Part shown: positions 58,678 to 64,000 of the stretch, piece by piece
How positions within the stretch are numbered: the first letter of the stretch is position 1
Layout of the letters: each line of letters starts with the position of its first letter
NCBI GenBank assembly: GCA_963727625.1
Contig: CAVSHR010000011.1
Location: 192,001-256,000 of the forward strand
Origin: an uncultured delta proteobacterium
Lineage (GTDB): Bacteria; Desulfobacterota; Binatia; UBA9968
Direction: 5' to 3'
DNA: 64,000 bases
Position numbers and translations under genes: made by a program
The notes under the pieces: generated by a model
Databases searched by the model: none
Told to the model about the DNA's origin: nothing
Seen by the model: only the letters and a program-made list of their open reading frames with translations

Positions 58678-61209
58678 TTACTGAATACTTAAACTACTCG
58701 GCGCCGTAGGAGGTTGTGTCTTGACGGTGCCGCCACCGCCGCTTGCGCCAGGATCGCCCGGGTCCTGTGTGGCGATAATCAGCTCGTCGTACCAAGTATA
58801 AGCAGTTGGATGCGCAACGCTGCCATTAGCGCCCGTGCTATACGGCGTCAGCCATATTTTCCCGTATCTACACGGATCGGAGGCAACGCAGTCGGTGCCG
58901 CCGGGTGCCCGTATGGGTTGGGACCAATCATGCGCAAGCTGTCGCGCCTGTCCGTCTCGGGCAATCCAGACTTTGATGTTTTGCTGGTTGCCTGCCCATA
59001 CCGGGATGCCATTTATTGTGGTTCGATCACCTAGAGTTACTTTGACCGTGTAAGTCACCCATTCATCGGGAACAAACGCGATGCAGTTTCCGGCGGGAGG
59101 GAAAAAGGTCTTAGGATCTGTTTTGCCTTGCGAATACAAACAGTAAGGGCTTGGGCGGCCATTTTGCAGCTTGAAATCAGTTGGCGGGACGTACTCCTCG
59201 AATCCCGCGTAGACGCCGCAGGCATTATACATCTGCAGGAAGCCGCGATAGCCGCCGTTGTTGGTTACCAGCTCGATAGCGCTGCACGAGGTTGCGCAAT
59301 TCCCTGCTGATGTTGACGGGGTGCAGGCCGGTTTGTCACCGTCCCCGACCATTGATATTTTCCAACCGCCGCCGGAATTAAGGTTAATAAAGCCACTCGT
59401 CATTCGTTGGCGCCACTGATACCAAAACTCGCTGTTAGCTCCGAACGTGACCGAAAGATCATCGGTAAAGTTGGCAAACCACTGGCCCGCCGATCCAGCA
59501 CTATCGTTAGTCGGCACGGTAAATCTCATTGATCCCGCGCCGCCGGCTTTGACGGTCGTATCGATTTCCGGGCAATAGTTTGGCGGCGTACAGTTTCCCG
59601 CGTTATTAAACCTGCCCACGCGATTCCCATAGTTGCCACCCAAGTCTGCCGTAGTGTCGAAACTGAAGCATCGTACTACGCCCGGCTGTGCGCACCGTGT
59701 CGCAAAATCTGTACTTCCGCTGGGCGGAGGCGTTGTAACAGCTATTTGCGTGGTTGTGGTGGATGGGGCCGATTGTCCGGAAGTGTTGCCGGCGGCGTCA
59801 TAAGCCGCGACTGTATAGGTATAGCTCGTGGAAGAAGAAAGATTTGAGTCTGAGTATGCACTTGTCGTGGCAACGCCAACTTGGGCGCCGCCGCGATAAA
59901 TCTTGTATCCTTGGACACCGACGTTGTCGGTCGAAGCCGCCCAGGAAATGTTGATCTGAGTGGCAGACACGGCGACGGAAGAAACACCGCTGGGAATCGA
60001 AGGTGCGACCGTATCGGACGGTGGTGAAGGCGATTTGGTTCCAGGGCTATGCCTGTAAAGATAAATTTTCCCGCCCGACGAACTACCTGACGACGCGAAC
60101 ATAATCACGCCGTAATTGGGAATCGGGATAGCGACGGTTTCGCTTACGCCGCCTTCTGGACCTGGAAACATCGGGCTCGTGCGGGCAATCGTGTTCCAAG
60201 TATCGGTTGACGGATTGTATTCGTACATCGTCGTCGTCGCGTCCGAATAGCCCCAAAACAGCAAGAGCCCGGTTACAGGGTCAACGGTGAAGATCGTGCC
60301 CGTTGGCGGCACTGCAATCACTGTCAGCCCTGCCGGTGGACTTGCCGCCGTCGTCCATGTGCCGTCAGCATGATAAAGATACAGATTTGTGCTGCCGTTG
60401 CCGCCGCCCAACACAACACACTGACAAAGCCAACTGTATCGAGATTGGTTGTGATAACTGCCAACCGACAATTGCGGCGTTGGACCGCCAACACCGGCTA
60501 TCCCGGCAATTTCCGTCCAGGTTCCGAGACAGTTTCCCGAAGCGAGGGATAATTCCCACACGCCCCAGTTACCGTCAAGGAATATGAGACTGTTACGGTC
60601 GGGAAAGTATTCCAATGATCCGGCGACTTGATAATTACCTGTTCCCCAAACCGAACACTGCGACCAGGTTTGCGCGGCATGAGAGTATTTCATCACCTTG
60701 CCTGTATAATACTGGCGATGGTAAATGTCGCCGGTGTTGGGATCTATTGTCGCATGACGGTAAACGTGGTTAGGGTCAGAGTTAGAGGTATCCACACCCG
60801 CTGCTGTTGGCGTGGTTAAAAGAGTCCATGCGTTAGTCGATTCCGTATATTTTGCGAAAACAAATCTGTCTCCAGTAAACGGGCCGCTGGGATGAGAAGC
60901 GCCAAGGAACATCACCGTATTATTCAAGGGGTTCCAGTGGGCCTCGTCCATATACTCCGCCGCGCTCCCGCCTGCCGGTGCCCTTAAAATATCCCCGCTG
61001 GCAAAGTTGGTTGTTGTAAGCACGGCCCACGTCCCAGGCTGCATGGAGGCTGCCAGATCGGATAGGGCAGAGCCGTACGCGAGCTGCGACGAACAGAACG
61101 GCGTCAAAAGTGTCAGAGCAAGCCAAAGTAGCGCGCGCGCTGCGCCGACGGACGTCGACTTTTTAGTCAAGGGCGCGTTGAGAAACAGGGTAGTCTTCCC
61201 GAAGTTCAT
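58678..61209 (-). CDS. Secreted multidomain protein: propeller-like region, FN3 domain and carbohydrate-active-like C-terminal domain
   Basis: Signal-like hydrophobic N-terminus; FN3 motif WAASTDNVGV.GYKIYR..YTYTVAAYDAAGN.S; Ser/Thr/Gly rich. Confidence 0.75.
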   Translation of the reverse strand: MNFGKTTLFLNAPLTKKSTSVGAARALLWLALTLLTPFCSSQLAYGSALSDLAASMQPGTWAVLTTTNFASGDILRAPAGGSAAEYMDEAHWNPLNNTVMFLGASHPSGPFTGDRFVFAKYTESTNAWTLLTTPTAAGVDTSNSDPNHVYRHATIDPNTGDIYHRQYYTGKVMKYSHAAQTWSQCSVWGTGNYQVAGSLEYFPDRNSLIFLDGNWGVWELSLASGNCLGTWTEIAGIAGVGGPTPQLSVGSYHNQSRYSWLCQCVVLGGGNGSTNLYLYHADGTWTTAASPPAGLTVIAVPPTGTIFTVDPVTGLLLFWGYSDATTTMYEYNPSTDTWNTIARTSPMFPGPEGGVSETVAIPIPNYGVIMFASSGSSSGGKIYLYRHSPGTKSPSPPSDTVAPSIPSGVSSVAVSATQINISWAASTDNVGVQGYKIYRGGAQVGVATTSAYSDSNLSSSTSYTYTVAAYDAAGNTSGQSAPSTTTTQIAVTTPPPSGSTDFATRCAQPGVVRCFSFDTTADLGGNYGNRVGRFNNAGNCTPPNYCPEIDTTVKAGGAGSMRFTVPTNDSAGSAGQWFANFTDDLSVTFGANSEFWYQWRQRMTSGFINLNSGGGWKISMVGDGDKPACTPSTSAGNCATSCSAIELVTNNGGYRGFLQMYNACGVYAGFEEYVPPTDFKLQNGRPSPYCLYSQGKTDPKTFFPPAGNCIAFVPDEWVTYTVKVTLGDRTTINGIPVWAGNQQNIKVWIARDGQARQLAHDWSQPIRAPGGTDCVASDPCRYGKIWLTPYSTGANGSVAHPTAYTWYDELIIATQDPGDPGASGGGGTVKTQPPTAPSSLSIQ

Positions 61210-61266
61210 AGTCTTATTTAGTCTTTCTCTTATGAAAGTTTATATTACCGCTTTCGGTCGAAGGGT

Positions 61267-63145
61267 CTACCATTTCCCTACCACCGGTAGATCACCGGCT
61301 TGACCGAAACCGCTGATGTACTTGTCGACGTTGGTTCCATCCCATTGGCCGTTGCCGTTCATGTCCAGAAACCATTCGCCGGTCGCCGGTCTGAACAAGC
61401 CGATCTTGCTGATTCCGCTCGCATCCCAGTCACCGGCCACAGGGAGATCGCCTGCTCTGTCCGAAGCCCGCGATGTACTGATCGCCGTTGGTTCCATCCC
61501 ATTGGCCGTTGCCGTTGACATCGAGAAACCACTCGCCCGTGCTCGGCCTGAATAGGCCGATCTTGCTGGTTCCGCTCGCATCCCAGTCGCCGGCCACCGG
61601 CAGATCGCCGCTCTGGCCAAAGGGCGGGATGCAGCGGTCGACACCGCAACCGTCGAACCTTCCGTTGTCGTCGAGATCAAGAAACCACTCGCCCGTGCTT
61701 GGGCGAAACACTCCGACCATGGCTCCGCCGGTTCCATTCCAGTCGCCGACAACGGGGAGGTCTGCCTGTTCTCCAAACGATCGGACGCATTGATCCCGTT
61801 TGCACCCGTTCCATTTCTCATTGCCGTTGCGGTCCAGGTACCATTGGCTTCCGGCATTACTGTCGTCCGAAGGTAAATAGATTCCAAAATCATCCGCGCC
61901 CGAGCCGTTCCAGTCTCCCACGACCGGGATCCATTGCGAGCCCGGCGCGAAATTCCTTTTCTTCTGCCATGGGTTAAAACAGGGGTCGACGTCGCAGCCA
62001 TTATTGGCGCCGGCAAGACTGCTCTTCAGGTGCCACTCGTGAGTCGCGCTGTTGAATAGGCCGATACTGGCGGGTCGCTGCTCGAAGCTGGCGATACAGG
62101 ACGTGCTGGATTTGAGTTTGACGACGCCGTTTCGGCAGGCACGATCGCCGCTCCAGCCGGTGAATGCCGAACCCGGAGCGGCGGCCGCCCGTAAAACCAC
62201 CCGAGTCCGCTTGCTAAACACTGCCGAACAATCGGTGACACAATCGATGGCTCCAGGGCTGCCGGTGACGCGCCCTCTGCCCCTGATGGCAATATTCAGC
62301 CTGTTGCCATTGACCGTAAACATGGCGGCGCAAGATTTGCTCGCGGTCATGGAGACCACGCCGTCCGAACAGTCGGCAGCGCCGCTCCAGCCGGAAAAGG
62401 CCGAGCCCGAAGCAGCAGTCGCTGTCAGTTTTACGCTGGTTCCGTTGGTAAAATCCGCCGAGCAAGTATTGCCGCAATTAATTCCCGCGGGGTTGCTGGT
62501 GACGCTGCCTTTGCCGGTGCCCACCGTGGTCACCTCGCCGACGACGTTGACGGTCAAGGTCGCCGTCGGGGCGGTAACGGTGTTGGCGGCAAAAGTCGCG
62601 GTGCAAGTTTTATTCGCGTTTATGGTCACCGAACCGTCCAGGCAATCGGCATCGCCGCTCCAGCCCGAGAAGCTATAACCGCTGGCGGGGGCGGCGGATA
62701 ACACGACGGTGGTGCCGCTATTGAATGGGGCGCTGCACGTCGCGCCGCAGTTAATTCCCGCCGGGCTGCTGGTGACCGCGCCGCCGGCTTGAGAAGACAC
62801 CGTGAGCGTATAGGCCGCAATCGGCGCCGCCTGGGTCGTGGCGCAGGTTTCAGGCGAGTAGGGTGAATTACCGGCGCCGTTAAAGGCATTGACGCGATAA
62901 CAGTATGAGGTGTTATCCGCCATTCCGGAGTCACTATACGAAGTAACGTTGGCACCGGTGGTTGCGATAACACTGAAAGTGCCGGCGCTGCCCGTTTTTC
63001 TTTCGATTTGAAAACCGTCTTCATCGGACGAATTATCGACCCACGTCAATTGCAAGCTTGCCGCCAGCGCGCGACCGTGGAACAAGAAAGTTAAGCCTGC
63101 AATCGAGACAACGAGAAACAATCCGTAAAATAAGCGGTGACGCAC
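61267..63145 (-). CDS. Secreted protein with FN3 domain, three InlB/bacterial-repeat domains and FG-GAP-like repeats; frameshift near 61455
   Basis: WVDNSSDEDGF..YRVNAFN; three P.GI.C..C..F.GWSG..C repeats; repeated DLPV.GDW...IG.FRPSTGEWFLD; last repeat in a shifted frame. Confidence 0.78.
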
Positions 63146-63354
63146 AGGACCCCCCTCCGGAGCAATCCGAGCCGAAGCTGCACAAGCTCAGAGGGCACTG
63201 TGCGTCTTTTCGGCGGCTCTGCTGCCTTGTCCCGTAGTCCGTGGTCGGTAGGTCCACGTGATCAGGAGTTAGGCCAGAAGCTTTGCGTCCCAACCTTTCG
63301 GTTGGTTTGCCTTTTCGTAGACTTATTGTTTTAAATTCTGTCAGTTGAGATCAA

Positions 63355-63370
63355 TGCAACGCTGATGCCA
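63355..63370 (-). promoter_or_regulatory. Sigma-54 (-24/-12) promoter for the - strand secreted-protein genes
   Basis: Minus strand reads TGGCATCAGCGTTGCA, matching TGGCAC-N5-TTGCA, about 210 bp upstream of the 63145 start. Confidence 0.75.
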
Positions 63371-63589
63371 TTGTGTGTTTTAAATATCCTTAATGAAATC
63401 AGCGTATTATAAATGCTATTGGGCAAAAACATTCGGTTGGGCGTACAATTCTGTCGAGGCGCCCGGACAAGGATTGTCGGGTTTTGGCTGCGCCTGACCA
63501 TCCCGCATGGAACAATTGTTGGGTAAAAATGGGTCTAGTGTCTTTCTCCTCCATCCCGTCATACCGGCGAACCCGGTATCCGATCTACT

Positions 63590-63719
63590 CCACGAAGGAC
63601 ACAGCGCGGCGGAGCCGCAACCAAAGAAGAAAGCCTTATTTAGCCACTGAGGCGCAGAGGCCGCAGTAATTCTCGATAAAAAACTCTTTCCTCGGCGTAC
63701 TCCGCGCCTCTGCGGTAAG
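63590..63719. repeat. Composite hairpin element containing an inverted copy of the 102-bp array unit
   Basis: ctcggcgtactccgcgcctctgcggtaag is the reverse complement (1 mismatch) of the left arm near 22126; preceded by cagcgcggcggagccgcaaccaaa. Confidence 0.8.
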
Positions 63720-64000
63720 TTCTCTGCTGGACCGATTCAATCGGGCTAGTCAACGGTTAATTTGCGTGAGCGGCGAGAACTTTCAATGATAGCAATACGA
63801 ATGACGGTTTTGCCGATTCGACTCTCCGTTCTTTACCCCTATCGTTGAAAGTTTCGGCGGCCCGGGCAGATCCTCTGAACCCCCGCCACTTCGCTGCGCT
63901 CCATCCGGGACACTGATGATGTTTCCACGCGCTCTCGTTGAGTATTAGATTTGCCAAGTCGGAATCTTGCCATGTCTGATCACAAGCTTTGTGTCTCGGT

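Noticed and set aside
1-64000. rRNA, tRNA, exosortase or PEP-CTERM cargo genes
   Set aside because: None recognised by eye; the four-helix-bundle genes are not within rRNA sequence

Overview
About 58 kb of co-oriented + strand genes form a large exopolysaccharide/glycoprotein-glycan locus. Many genes resemble families associated with PEP-CTERM/exosortase A systems: tyrosine kinase, priming sugar transferase, deacetylase, FemAB-like protein, amidotransferases, acyl-CoA ligase, PLP decarboxylase and O-antigen ligase-like protein. The locus also carries rml (dTDP-rhamnose) genes, Wzm/Wzt, about 13 glycosyltransferases and methyltransferases. Two convergent - strand secreted FN3/repeat proteins follow, under a clear sigma-54 promoter. 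No exosortase or PEP-CTERM gene is visible in the window. The host is probably a deltaproteobacteria-like lineage such as Ca. Binatia (inference only). Two things stand out. (1) A cassette encodes an MBOAT-SGNH fusion, a carrier protein, a standalone adenylation enzyme with a proline-type pocket (read by eye as DLFYLALVCK) and a PltE/RedW-like dehydrogenase. This looks like pyrrole-2-carbonyl-carrier biosynthesis wired to an Alg/Dlt-type polysaccharide acylation machine. (2) The operon is colonised by periodic inverted-repeat elements. Three four-helix-bundle (Avd/IVS-like) genes are each enclosed by inverted 7-bp-period repeat arms, and the arm sequence tracks the protein subfamily. A GxxExxY nuclease-fold gene is flanked by roughly 9-bp-period hairpins. 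Many gene-less copies also occur, including a 5 x 102-bp hairpin array, and some are fused into host reading frames. Degraded IS1380 and IS200 elements are present. Several frameshifts, concentrated at 14-23 kb, may be sequencing errors. All family calls come from motif recognition by eye; no database search was run.
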